The notes under the pieces: model-generated | Database searches by the model: none | The model's input: the letters and a program-made list of their open reading frames with translations, nothing else | Told to the model about the DNA's origin: nothing | In this document: positions 5,737-14,494 of the stretch, one piece after another | How the letters are laid out: every line of letters begins with the position of its first letter | Numbering within the stretch: position 1 is the stretch's first letter | Source of the DNA: a virus | Length of the DNA: 17,390 bases | UHGV virus genome: UHGV-0137727 | Reading direction: 5' to 3' (one strand) | Position numbers and translations under genes: made by a program

Positions 5737-5820
5737 ATGAAAGAATTATTCGATTGGTTGGAAGTATTAACATACTGCGCAAGTTTTGTGGCTTGCGTAT
5801 ATATCATCAATAAATATTGA
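5737..5820 (+). CDS. micro-ORF 8 of hydrophobic peptide array (27 aa)
   Basis: MKELFDWLEVLTYCASFVACVYIINKY*. SD AAAGGT 5 nt upstream. Ends 11 nt before the terminase small subunit start. Confidence 0.4.
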   Translation: MKELFDWLEVLTYCASFVACVYIINKY

Positions 5821-5831
5821 GAGGTGAGATT

Positions 5832-6317
5832 ATGGCCCGCACTAAAAAGGCAAATGCTGACGATAAAAAGCCAGCCGCCAAAAAGGTGGGCCGTCCGCAT
5901 GGCTATACCGAAGAAAAGGCATTAGAGATCTGTGAGCTGGTGGCGGACGGTCAAAGCGTTAACAAAATTTCGAAAATGCCAGGTATGCCAACACGTTCGA
6001 CAATCCTTAAGTGGTTCCGTGATGTGCCGGAATTTTCGGACATGTACATGCGCGCGAAGGAAATAGGTTTTGAGGTATTAGCCGATGAGATCATCGATAT
6101 AGCTGATGCAGCGGAGAATATTGATAAAGATGAATTGCGCCGCCATCAACTGATGATTGAAACGCGCAAATGGTTACTGGCAAAACTGCAACCGCGCAAA
6201 TATGGAGAACGCGTCACACAGGAGATTGTCGGCAATAGGGAGGAGGCGCCAGTACAGGTGGAAGTAACGAAAGAAGAGATCGCCCGCATCGTCCAGGAAG
6301 TAGAAGATGAGGTGTGA
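5832..6317 (+). CDS. terS: terminase small subunit
   Basis: ATG 5832 with SD GAGGTGAG (track ORF begins at TTG 5817 in the same frame). Basic N-terminus, HTH-like segment (SVNKISKMPGMPTRSTILKWFRD), and the LLAKLQPRKYGER motif I associate with small terminase subunits. Sits directly upstream of the large subunit with overlapping stop/start. Confidence 0.75.
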   Translation: MARTKKANADDKKPAAKKVGRPHGYTEEKALEICELVADGQSVNKISKMPGMPTRSTILKWFRDVPEFSDMYMRAKEIGFEVLADEIIDIADAAENIDKDELRRHQLMIETRKWLLAKLQPRKYGERVTQEIVGNREEAPVQVEVTKEEIARIVQEVEDEV

Positions 6318-6319
6318 TT

Positions 6320-7798
6320 ATGTTGACAATCAAAGAACGAGTTATTCAATCCAAATGTGAAAAAGATGGCCTGTTTTTCAATCGCTATTTCTATAAGCAA
6401 GCGAACGGAACGAAGATGTTAATCTCAGGCCATCATTTAGCCATCCGCGATGCACTGCAACGCGTTATTAAAGGTGAGATAACCCGACTCATCATTAACA
6501 TCCCCCCAGGGTACGGCAAAACCATGATTGCCACTATCAATATGATGGCCCGGTCCCTCGCAATAAATCCCCGCACAAGATTCCTTCACGTTTCCTATTC
6601 CAACAACCTGGCGCTACTCAACTCCTCGACTGTAAGGAACATGATCTGTACGCCTGACTATCAGGCGATGTGGCCCATGAAGATCCGCAACGATGCCAAC
6701 AGTAAATCGATGTGGTGGACTGAATACGGCGGCGGCGTGTATGCAACGTCATCACTTGGTCAGGTGACCGGGTTCCGTGCGGGGTACATGGAATCAGGAT
6801 TTAATGGCGCGTTAATCATCGACGACCCATTAAAACCCGCTGACGCTTACTCTGACGTGGTGAGAAAGCAGGTGAACACCAACTATAACGATACGCTTGC
6901 ATCGCGTCTGGCAGTGCAAACAACGCCTGTTATCGTCATCATGCAGCGCATCCACTACGATGATTTGTCCGGCTACCTGTTACGCGGCGGCAGTGGTGAA
7001 AAGTGGTATCACCTTAACCTGCCAGTGAAGATCGACAACAGCCTGGATTATTGGGATCTGTACCCTGAAAACGAGTTCGCCATTCCTATCGCTCACAACC
7101 TGCCGGACGGCTGGCTATGGCCTAAAAAACACAATGACACCCATGAAGCCGGACTGAAGGCGCACAGACGGTCATTTGAAGCCCAGTACATGCAGCGCCC
7201 GCGTAAATTCGACGAAGAAGGCGCATTGTGGACTGAAGCAATGATAACCGCAGCACACCGAATGCAGATAACGCAGGAGAAAATCCGCACTGTGATAGCC
7301 ATTGACCCGGCGACAACATCATCTGATGAGTCGGACGAAACGGGGATCATGGCATGTTCCGCTTATGGTGGTGGCAAGAATGCTCAGTATTCTGTTGATG
7401 GCGACTATTCAGGCCGTATGTCACCTAACGACTGGGCGCAGGCATCAATGAACGCCTACAACATCCATGAAGCTGACGCGATGGTTATCGAAACCAACCA
7501 GGGTGGTGATATGGCAGAGGCCACACTACGCAATGCCGGATTCAAAGGCCGCATTGTTAAGGTGCACGCAAGTAAAGGTAAATTCGCCCGCGCTGAACCA
7601 ATATCGGCACTGTATGCACAAGGAAGGGTGGCACACACTGGTGAGCTATACACGCTGGAAAATCAAATGATGGAATACGTGCCAGCTACCGCCAAAAAAT
7701 CCCCTGACCGTATGGACGCAATGGTATGGGGTATCACCGAACTAAGCCAGCCACAGGCAATGGGCCTTATGTTACCTAAGCGCCTGCGAGGGTTTTAA
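6320..7798 (+). CDS. terL: terminase large subunit (ATPase plus nuclease)
   Basis: ATG 6320 with SD GAGGTG 7 nt upstream (track start GTG 6314). Walker A-like PPGYGKTM, Walker B-like ALIIDDPLKP, and a C-terminal nuclease-like segment (VIAIDPATTSSDESDETGIMA). 493 aa, canonically placed before the portal. Confidence 0.9.
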   Translation: MLTIKERVIQSKCEKDGLFFNRYFYKQANGTKMLISGHHLAIRDALQRVIKGEITRLIINIPPGYGKTMIATINMMARSLAINPRTRFLHVSYSNNLALLNSSTVRNMICTPDYQAMWPMKIRNDANSKSMWWTEYGGGVYATSSLGQVTGFRAGYMESGFNGALIIDDPLKPADAYSDVVRKQVNTNYNDTLASRLAVQTTPVIVIMQRIHYDDLSGYLLRGGSGEKWYHLNLPVKIDNSLDYWDLYPENEFAIPIAHNLPDGWLWPKKHNDTHEAGLKAHRRSFEAQYMQRPRKFDEEGALWTEAMITAAHRMQITQEKIRTVIAIDPATTSSDESDETGIMACSAYGGGKNAQYSVDGDYSGRMSPNDWAQASMNAYNIHEADAMVIETNQGGDMAEATLRNAGFKGRIVKVHASKGKFARAEPISALYAQGRVAHTGELYTLENQMMEYVPATAKKSPDRMDAMVWGITELSQPQAMGLMLPKRLRGF

Positions 7799-7816
7799 GT
7801 TATTGATTATTATCAA

Positions 7817-7835
7817 CTTCGAAAAATTTTCGAAG
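7817..7835. repeat. near-perfect 19 bp palindrome CTTCGAAAAATTTTCGAAG, with an adjacent inverted repeat TTGAT-N4-ATCAA at 7803-7816
   Basis: Read directly from the sequence, in the 148 bp AT-rich gap between terL and the portal gene. Confidence 0.5.
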
Positions 7836-7946
7836 ATGAACAATAATAATTCTCAATTAGCTACACAAAATCTGCCTCACAATCCCTCACGAATTTTTCT
7901 ATTTTTCGCGTAGCAACGCGTAAACATGTATTCAGGAGTAAACATT

Positions 7947-9320
7947 ATGCCATCCAATTTAGAATTGGCGGTTAATGCTGCCTTGTCTCAACGCCAGGCG
8001 GCCTTTGCCCGCTATGCAGCGGCACATCCGTTCACTATGGGGATAGATGCCAAACGTGATGCTGCGTGGAGTGAATACGGATTTAAAGAAGAAATCACCT
8101 ATGCCGATTTATACAAACTGTATCGTCGCGGTGGTATCGCTCACGGTGCTATTGAGAAGATCATTACTACGTGCTGGCGCACCAGGCCAACGCTGATTGA
8201 AGGTACGGAAGACGAGAAAGCGGAAAAGGAAACTTCGTGGGAAAGAGAAATCAAAAAACGATTCGACAATAGATTCTGGCGCGTAATTGCTGAATGCGAT
8301 CGCCGCCGCCTCATCGGTCGTTATGCTGGACTGTTAATTCACGTCAGGGATAACAAGCCGTGGGATCAGCCAGTAACAAAAGGCGTAGGCATTGCCAAAT
8401 TTACCCCCGTATGGGCTGGTGCTCTTACACCGAAGGACTTCGAAGAAAACCCGGATAAAGAAAACTATGGCCTGCCTACATGGTGGGAATACAAGGAGCG
8501 CATTAACAGTAAGACCATAGCAAGAAAGATACATCCAGATCGCATATTTATCTTCGGTGATTATTCTGATGATGCCATCGCTTTCCTTGAACCGTCCTAT
8601 AACGCATTCGTTTCACTGGAGAAAGTGGAAGGCGGCAGCGGTGAATCATTCCTGAAAAACGCAGCACGTCAACTGGCTATCTCGTTCGATAAAGAGATTG
8701 ATTTCCGTTCCCTGGCTGCAACATACGGTTGCGACGTTACAGAGCTACGCGAAAAATTCAATGAAGCGGCAGAGGATATAAATAAAGGTAATGATGTGAT
8801 GATGGCATTGCAGGGAGCTACCGTTAGCCCGCTGGTTACTGCCGTAGCCGATCCGTCCGCTACCTATGACGTCAACCTGCAAACCGCCGCCGCTGGCATC
8901 GACATTCCAACGCGTATCCTGGTTGGGAATCAGCAGGGTGAGCGTGCATCAACCGAAGACCTCCGCTACTTCAATAACCGCTGTATGACCCGCCGGGAGG
9001 AAATAGGAGGCGAGCTTGAGGAACTATTCCGCAAGATGGCAGATCTCCGCCTTATCAGTATGCCAGTAGACGTATCTGTGCTGTGGGACGACCTTAACGC
9101 CATGACAAAAGCTGAGCTACTCGACGCGGCATACAAAATGGCACAAATCAATCATGCATGTCTCGCTACTGGTGAGGAAATATTCAGCGGTGACGAGATC
9201 CGTGAAGCTGCCGGATACGATGGCCCGGCTAATGAAGTAGAACTGGAAGACGAGGAAAACGATGATGAAGGTGAAGAAAATAATCAGGCGAATACCTCCA
9301 GCCGCGATAATGCCATCTAA
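7947..9320 (+). CDS. portal protein (putative)
   Basis: ATG 7947 with SD AGGAG 8 nt upstream (track ORF opens at 7926). About 457 aa, directly downstream of terL and upstream of a minor head protein. Acidic C-terminus (ELEDEENDDEGEEN). Assigned by synteny, not by a recognised motif. Confidence 0.65.
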   Translation: MPSNLELAVNAALSQRQAAFARYAAAHPFTMGIDAKRDAAWSEYGFKEEITYADLYKLYRRGGIAHGAIEKIITTCWRTRPTLIEGTEDEKAEKETSWEREIKKRFDNRFWRVIAECDRRRLIGRYAGLLIHVRDNKPWDQPVTKGVGIAKFTPVWAGALTPKDFEENPDKENYGLPTWWEYKERINSKTIARKIHPDRIFIFGDYSDDAIAFLEPSYNAFVSLEKVEGGSGESFLKNAARQLAISFDKEIDFRSLAATYGCDVTELREKFNEAAEDINKGNDVMMALQGATVSPLVTAVADPSATYDVNLQTAAAGIDIPTRILVGNQQGERASTEDLRYFNNRCMTRREEIGGELEELFRKMADLRLISMPVDVSVLWDDLNAMTKAELLDAAYKMAQINHACLATGEEIFSGDEIREAAGYDGPANEVELEDEENDDEGEENNQANTSSRDNAI

Positions 9321-10206
9321 CACCGAAGACCCGACCATGACAGGGAAGTTAAGGTCTGGCGCTATTAAGCGTTTCAAATCCTGCCTGAACAAAATAGCCG
9401 ATCCATATCTCGCCATACTTGACAGAATACAATATAGCCTGGCTGTTAATAAGAAATACACCTTTCAGATTTACATGGATGAACTGCATGACATGCTGGA
9501 GGACGCCAGCGACATGATTGATGAGATATTCGAGCTAACCGACCCGGAAAGTTTTTGGTTTTGGCAGAATTACGTGAAGGTGGCTTATCAGCGCGGCACG
9601 GCACAGGAATATGCCAACCTCGCTAACCAGTCTGTCACGTACTCAAGCGCCTATCCTGATGTGTCTGTCGTGCTATCCAGCACAACTTACCGCACACGCC
9701 TTGCCCTTGTCCGTACCCGTGTATTTGAGGAAATGCGCGGGCTGACAGCACAGATCAAAAAGGATATGGCCCGCCGACTAACTGAAGGCATGGCCCGTGG
9801 TTTAAACCCACTGGAAATAGCGCGCACATTGAATCAGGAGACGCAATTACCGCTATACAGGTGTAAACGTATTGCTCGAACTGAAATATGCACAGCGTTA
9901 CGCACAGCGCGTATGGATGAGGCAGAAGCGGCGACAGAAGAATTTAATCTGCGCACTATGCAAATGCACATTTCGGCATTATCACCGACTACCAGGCTAT
10001 CGCACGCGCAGCGGCACGGTAAAACATACACCATAGATGAGCAGCGCGAATGGTGGAGTAGATCCCCTAATTCAATTAACTGCAAATGTAGCACGATTAC
10101 CGTATTAGTTGACGAAGACGGTAACATATTAAACGAACGAATATTAGATCGGGCGCAAGAAAACTATAAAGTTGCGCACGCTAAATATGGCGAAGATTGG
10201 GAGTAA
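9262..10206 (+). CDS. minor head / head morphogenesis protein (MuF/SPP1 gp7-like position)
   Basis: ORF-track ORF. SD GAGGAA before the ATGATG at 9262-9267. Overlaps the portal 3' end. About 314 aa in the canonical post-portal position. Assigned mainly by synteny. Confidence 0.5.
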   Translation: MMKVKKIIRRIPPAAIMPSNTEDPTMTGKLRSGAIKRFKSCLNKIADPYLAILDRIQYSLAVNKKYTFQIYMDELHDMLEDASDMIDEIFELTDPESFWFWQNYVKVAYQRGTAQEYANLANQSVTYSSAYPDVSVVLSSTTYRTRLALVRTRVFEEMRGLTAQIKKDMARRLTEGMARGLNPLEIARTLNQETQLPLYRCKRIARTEICTALRTARMDEAEAATEEFNLRTMQMHISALSPTTRLSHAQRHGKTYTIDEQREWWSRSPNSINCKCSTITVLVDEDGNILNERILDRAQENYKVAHAKYGEDWE

Positions 10207-10211
10207 AAACC

Positions 10212-11501
10212 GTGAGTAAAGAACTGATTCAGGTTAATACCAAATTAACCGCTAATACCATACGCCGGGAAACTTATAACGGACGCGAGCACATTGTTGT
10301 GCCATCATATACGCTGCCATTCAATATCGTTATGAATCGTGAATATTACCCGGAAGCTGAAATTATCGCTAATTACCAGTCACTGGAGGGTACGCTTGCC
10401 CCGCTGGGCCATCCTACCGTTGACGGTAAATTTGTTTCAGCATTTAGCCCGGAAGGATTAAACACGGGTTTTTGTGGTGCGTGGAACAGAAACGTTGAGT
10501 TACGCGGCAACCGTGTTTATGTGGAAAAATGGGTGGATGTGGAAACCGCCAGCCATTCAAGCCAGGGCCGCGAATTATTAGCCCGACTGGAAGCACTGGA
10601 GAAAGGAGAAAGCAAAGATCCTATCTGGTCGTCCGTCGCTGTATATCGCCAGCGTATGCCAGCCACCGAAAAAATGAAAGCCCAGGGTGCTGACCATGTA
10701 GTGAAAATCATGTCGATCGACCATGACGCTATCTTGCTGCATGAGCCGCCAGCCGCTTCGCCGGAACAGGGCGTAGGCTTAATGGTTAATACCGACCAGG
10801 CGAAGCCGTTAATGGCGGTGGCAATGAAAGAAAATAGCTATCGCACACTTGAAAAGCAGTTAACCGCTGCCGCGCGGGAAATGTTCCCTGACGCTGATTA
10901 CGTATACGTGGTGGACTTCACTGATAGAGAGGTGACGATCGCCACTAATGAAAACTGTGCGGAAAGATACAACTACGAAAAACAGGCTGATAAAATTATT
11001 CTCAATAATGGCGAGCTTGCAACCAACGAGGAAAGTAAATCATGGTTTGCTCAGTTCGCTGAACACCTTTCTAATCTTTTCTCCCTGAATGAAAAAATTA
11101 AGGCCAATAAATCGGAGGACGATCCCATGCCTTTGACAAAAGAAGAACGCGCCGAACTGGTAAAAGAAATTAACGAAGGCTTAGCCGCCAATATCGCTAA
11201 TGCAGTAGCAGAGGCATTAAAACCAGTACAGGCAAGCGTAGAAGAATTGCAGACCAACCAAGAAGAATTACAGACCAACCAGAAAGCAATTAAAGAAGAA
11301 ATTGCAGCAAACGCAAATAAAGAAGTAGCAGAAAAACGCGCCGCAGTAGCAAAAGTTCACGGCGAAATTGTTGCTAACGCATTAAGCGGTGAAGCATTAG
11401 AGGCAATGTTTAAATCCCTGGGTAAAGCAACTCCGCTAGCCGCCAACACAGCAAGTGAAGACAAAAAAGGCGAAGTCCCTGACTTTAACACTTATTTCTA
11501 A
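10212..11501 (+). CDS. scaffolding protein (C-terminal coiled coil); N-terminal domain may be a prohead protease or other head-assembly domain
   Basis: Track ORF 10197..11501; GTG 10212 after GGGAG is the likely start. The C-terminal third is a heptad-like helical repeat region (VEELQTNQEELQTNQKAIKEEIAANANKEVAEKRAAVAKV). Located between the minor head protein and the capsid genes. Confidence 0.55.
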   Translation: MSKELIQVNTKLTANTIRRETYNGREHIVVPSYTLPFNIVMNREYYPEAEIIANYQSLEGTLAPLGHPTVDGKFVSAFSPEGLNTGFCGAWNRNVELRGNRVYVEKWVDVETASHSSQGRELLARLEALEKGESKDPIWSSVAVYRQRMPATEKMKAQGADHVVKIMSIDHDAILLHEPPAASPEQGVGLMVNTDQAKPLMAVAMKENSYRTLEKQLTAAAREMFPDADYVYVVDFTDREVTIATNENCAERYNYEKQADKIILNNGELATNEESKSWFAQFAEHLSNLFSLNEKIKANKSEDDPMPLTKEERAELVKEINEGLAANIANAVAEALKPVQASVEELQTNQEELQTNQKAIKEEIAANANKEVAEKRAAVAKVHGEIVANALSGEALEAMFKSLGKATPLAANTASEDKKGEVPDFNTYF

Positions 11502-11515
11502 CTGGAGGGAATACA

Positions 11516-11944
11516 ATGTCTCGTTTTCGTCGTGTAAATATTGATGGTAAATCCATTACCGAAACCTACACTGCTAAGGTCGCAGTAAAACCAGGTGAAC
11601 TGGTAAAACTGGACGGAGGTAAGTTTGCAAAAGCAACCAGTGCTGATGTCGGTGCAGCTCAGTTGTACATCGTCAACCCGGCATTCCACGAAGGCAAAAC
11701 CATTACTGATGCAATCGCTGCAAATGAAACTGTTGTTGCTGATTATGTGGAACAGGGCCGAGAGTTTGCTCTCCTTGTTCCTGCAGCCGCTTATGTTAAG
11801 GGTGCAGCTATTGCTCTCGCAGCCGACGGGGTGAAACTGTTTGTTGCGCCAAGTGAACAGGCAGCGCCAGATCCGATCATCGCATACTGCCAGGAAGACG
11901 TAACCCTGGAGGCGGAAGATTTTATCCGCGTTCGCGTTGCTTAA
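11516..11944 (+). CDS. small head protein, possibly decoration/accessory (142 aa)
   Basis: ORF-track ORF with SD GGAGGG. Ala/Val-rich. Sits between scaffold and major capsid, as the decoration protein does in lambda-like modules. Synteny only. Confidence 0.4.
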   Translation: MSRFRRVNIDGKSITETYTAKVAVKPGELVKLDGGKFAKATSADVGAAQLYIVNPAFHEGKTITDAIAANETVVADYVEQGREFALLVPAAAYVKGAAIALAADGVKLFVAPSEQAAPDPIIAYCQEDVTLEAEDFIRVRVA

Positions 11945-11961
11945 TTTAAAAGGGGAAAAAC

Positions 11962-13026
11962 ATGTACTTTACAAAAGAAAACCTTGCCACCAACGCCCGT
12001 ATGCAGGGCCATTGGAAAGAACTGTGGGCGCAACGCAATATCTTCAACGAGCAGCACAACGCCATGATTGCTGCAAATCAGGCAAATATGACCGCTGAAA
12101 TGTTGACCTGTAACGCCGTCGGCGGCTTCGCAAAAGAATTCTGGAAAGAAATCGATAACCAGATTATCGAACTGAACACCGAAGAAATCGGTATTGAGAT
12201 CGTAAACGACCTGATGGGTGTGCAAACCGTACTGCCAATCGGTAAAACGCTGAAAATGTACAACGTATCCGGTGACATCGATGATGAAGTTGTGATGTCT
12301 ATGGATGGTCAAGCGCCACACGGCTTTGATCACACCGAATACGGCAGCGATGGCGACCCGATCCCGATGTTCGCAGCGGGTTACGGTGTTAACTGGCGTT
12401 TAGCTCAGGGCTTAAATACTGTAGGCATCGACCTTGCATTAGACAGCCAGCGCCTTAAACTGAAAAAATTCAACAAAGCACGCGTCCAGTTCTACCTGAA
12501 TGGTAACGATCGCATCGTGGTTGATGGTCATAAAGCAATGGGTCTTAAAAACCACAAAAACACCCAGCAACTTAAACTGAAAACTGTCGCTAAAATCGAC
12601 CTGACCACCGCGACTTTCGATAAGATTATTGAATTCTTTACCACTGGTGAGTTCGGGAAACTGGCCCGCGCCAACTTCGTAGCTAAATACGATGTAATGT
12701 GGGTATCGCCAGAAATCATGGCTAACCTGGCACGCCCACACATCGTTAATGGCGTAATTGTTGGTAGTGTACTGGATGTTATCAAGCCGTTTGTCCCGGT
12801 TGATGATATTCGCCAGACCTATGCGCTGACTGACAACGAATTTATCGCTTATCAGCGTAGTCGCGGCGTCATCACCCCGCTGATTGGCATGACCACTGGC
12901 GTAGTTCCGTTACCGCGCATGATGCCGACCGATAACTACAACTTCCGCATTATGTCTGCTGAGGGTCTTCAGATCACCTGTGATATGAAAGGTCGTTCAG
13001 GTGTGGTCTACGGCAGCAATACCTGA
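11962..13026 (+). CDS. major capsid protein (putative)
   Basis: ORF-track ORF with SD AAGGGG 7 nt upstream. 354 aa. Followed immediately by a strong intrinsic terminator, as is typical for a highly expressed capsid gene. Synteny-based. Confidence 0.7.
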   Translation: MYFTKENLATNARMQGHWKELWAQRNIFNEQHNAMIAANQANMTAEMLTCNAVGGFAKEFWKEIDNQIIELNTEEIGIEIVNDLMGVQTVLPIGKTLKMYNVSGDIDDEVVMSMDGQAPHGFDHTEYGSDGDPIPMFAAGYGVNWRLAQGLNTVGIDLALDSQRLKLKKFNKARVQFYLNGNDRIVVDGHKAMGLKNHKNTQQLKLKTVAKIDLTTATFDKIIEFFTTGEFGKLARANFVAKYDVMWVSPEIMANLARPHIVNGVIVGSVLDVIKPFVPVDDIRQTYALTDNEFIAYQRSRGVITPLIGMTTGVVPLPRMMPTDNYNFRIMSAEGLQITCDMKGRSGVVYGSNT

Positions 13027-13046
13027 TTGATATGTTTCCTGTAACT

Positions 13047-13073
13047 CCCCGGCGCGATGCCGGGGATTTTTTT
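13047..13073 (+). terminator. rho-independent terminator (stem CCCCGGC/GCCGGGG, loop GCGAT, then ATTTTTTT)
   Basis: Read directly; 21 nt after the capsid gene stop. Confidence 0.7.
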
Positions 13074-13091
13074 GTATGTGGAGAAAACAAA

Positions 13092-13478
13092 ATGGTCACT
13101 ACAGAACAGGCGCGGGAATATATTGAAAGCCAGGGTATTGACCTGCCAGACGTTATCTTATCTTTGCTGGTGGAGCAGGCAAATAGCGTTAATGAATGCC
13201 TTGATGCCAACTATCCGGCCTCCACTGCAACATTGATTCAGCTTTATCTGATTGGCCTGTTAGGACTAAGCCAGGCTGATAAATACGTTTCCTCGCAGAC
13301 TGGGCCGAACGGTGCGAGTCAGTCATACCGCTATGTCGATTTTAATAAGCGATGGAAGGCGGCCTATTCGTTGCTTTACTCACTGGACAAACACCATTGT
13401 ACAGCCGAACTAATTCCACCAGATCCAGAAAACACCGCGCACGCCGGGCTGTGGATTGGTAAGAGCAGGAGGGTGTGA
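13092..13478 (+). CDS. head-tail connector / head completion protein (putative)
   Basis: ATG 13092 with SD GGAG. The track ORF start at 13032 would read through the terminator hairpin, so the later start is preferred. Neck-module position. Confidence 0.5.
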   Translation: MVTTEQAREYIESQGIDLPDVILSLLVEQANSVNECLDANYPASTATLIQLYLIGLLGLSQADKYVSSQTGPNGASQSYRYVDFNKRWKAAYSLLYSLDKHHCTAELIPPDPENTAHAGLWIGKSRRV

Positions 13479-13666
13479 CAATGTGGAACGACCTGACATT
13501 ACCAAATCCAGTATTGCCGAAACCATTTACCCGCGTGTGGGTTAAAACGGATAGCGGACGCCAGGTGGCGGCCTACCTCAATGATGCTGGCTTATGGGTA
13601 ATTCTTTGCCCGCGCGTGGCGAAAACTCATCCAAAGGTCATTAGCTGGAGTTACGGCTATGAGTAA
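13475..13666 (+). CDS. small neck-module protein (about 61-63 aa)
   Basis: ORF-track ORF. Overlaps the upstream stop; SD AGGAGGG upstream. Start is GTG 13475 or ATG 13481. Confidence 0.45.
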   Translation: MTMWNDLTLPNPVLPKPFTRVWVKTDSGRQVAAYLNDAGLWVILCPRVAKTHPKVISWSYGYE

Positions 13667-14027
13667 GATTGCGCGATTCAGTTACAAGGCATTAGCCACC
13701 ATCTACCCCGTAACGCATGACGACTGGACAAACGCCGACGTATACGGCGCACCATACCTGATTAACTGCGCATGGGAGCGCACCGACGGCACTGCAACAG
13801 ACACAAACGGTAATGAGGTTAGCAATACAATAACCGTATTTACCGAACTGCTTCATAATATGCAGCCAGTACAGCGCCCGGAAAACGGCTGGATGATTGC
13901 CACTGGTGACACCACCAATATTACCGACCCGATGGCGGCAGGAGCCAACATTATTACCGGGATCGTTGAATGGGATATGAGCATGTTTAACGATACGCCG
14001 GATTATAAGATCGTGACAGGGGGTTAA
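13659..14027 (+). CDS. head-tail joining protein (putative)
   Basis: ORF-track ORF. Overlaps the upstream gene end, consistent with translational coupling in the neck module. Confidence 0.45.
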   Translation: MSKIARFSYKALATIYPVTHDDWTNADVYGAPYLINCAWERTDGTATDTNGNEVSNTITVFTELLHNMQPVQRPENGWMIATGDTTNITDPMAAGANIITGIVEWDMSMFNDTPDYKIVTGG

Positions 14028-14029
14028 TC

Positions 14030-14494
14030 ATGCCTATCAGGGGAGTTAAACGCGTCCGTGAGAGATTAAAGCAGGAGCTAAAGGAAATCACCGATAAAAA
14101 GACGCACGAAGTTTTATGGCGCGTCGGTATGCTGGCTGGTGGCTTTGCGGCAAACATGACACCGGTTGATACGGGTTTTTTAATTAACAGCCAATTTCAA
14201 TATATAGGTAACACGGCGGAGGGTATGCAGTTACGGCTGGGATATACAGCCCGTTACGCTGAATGGGTGCACAATATGCCAGGCACATTAAAAGGCCAGC
14301 CGCGTGAACATTTCGGGAAAACAAATAACCTTTCAGATTTCGGGCCGAAACAGGTAATTGAGTTCGGCGGCGGTACTGGCAAAGGTAAATATTGGGACCC
14401 AAACGCGGAGCCGGAATTCTTGCGCAAGGCATTCGAAGATCCAAACAACGCCGACGATATTTATAAAGAGATTGTAGAAGGTTACAAAACATGA
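14030..14494 (+). CDS. neck / tail-completion protein (putative)
   Basis: ORF-track ORF. Tightly coupled to its neighbours (ATGA overlap with the next gene). Synteny only. Confidence 0.45.
   Translation: MPIRGVKRVRERLKQELKEITDKKTHEVLWRVGMLAGGFAANMTPVDTGFLINSQFQYIGNTAEGMQLRLGYTARYAEWVHNMPGTLKGQPREHFGKTNNLSDFGPKQVIEFGGGTGKGKYWDPNAEPEFLRKAFEDPNNADDIYKEIVEGYKT

Noticed and set aside
5185-5900. Minus-strand ORFs 5185..5439 and 5634..5900
   Set aside because: Antisense to the micro-ORF array and the terS start. The + strand reading gives eight ORFs with individual SDs and hydrophobic-helix products, which explains the region better.
7836-7913. Possible 25 aa ORF (MNNNNSQLATQNLPHNPSRIFLFFA) in the terL-portal gap
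   Set aside because: No SD, low-complexity product. The gap is better explained as regulatory DNA containing palindromes.
6146-9461. Minus-strand and internal + strand ORFs inside terL and portal (6146..6400, 7093..7350, 7122..7322, 7456..7653, 7467..7670, 8334..8534, 8966..9151, 9117..9461)
   Set aside because: All lie within long + strand genes with recognisable motifs or strong synteny. Such shadow ORFs are expected at this GC content.
9834-12785. Shadow ORFs in the head module (9834..10127, 10517..10711, 11051..11278, 11498..11689, 11625..11834, 11941..12333, 12078..12278, 12439..12741, 12528..12785)
   Set aside because: They overlap the minor head, scaffold, decoration and capsid genes on the opposite strand or in alternative frames, with no independent start signals.
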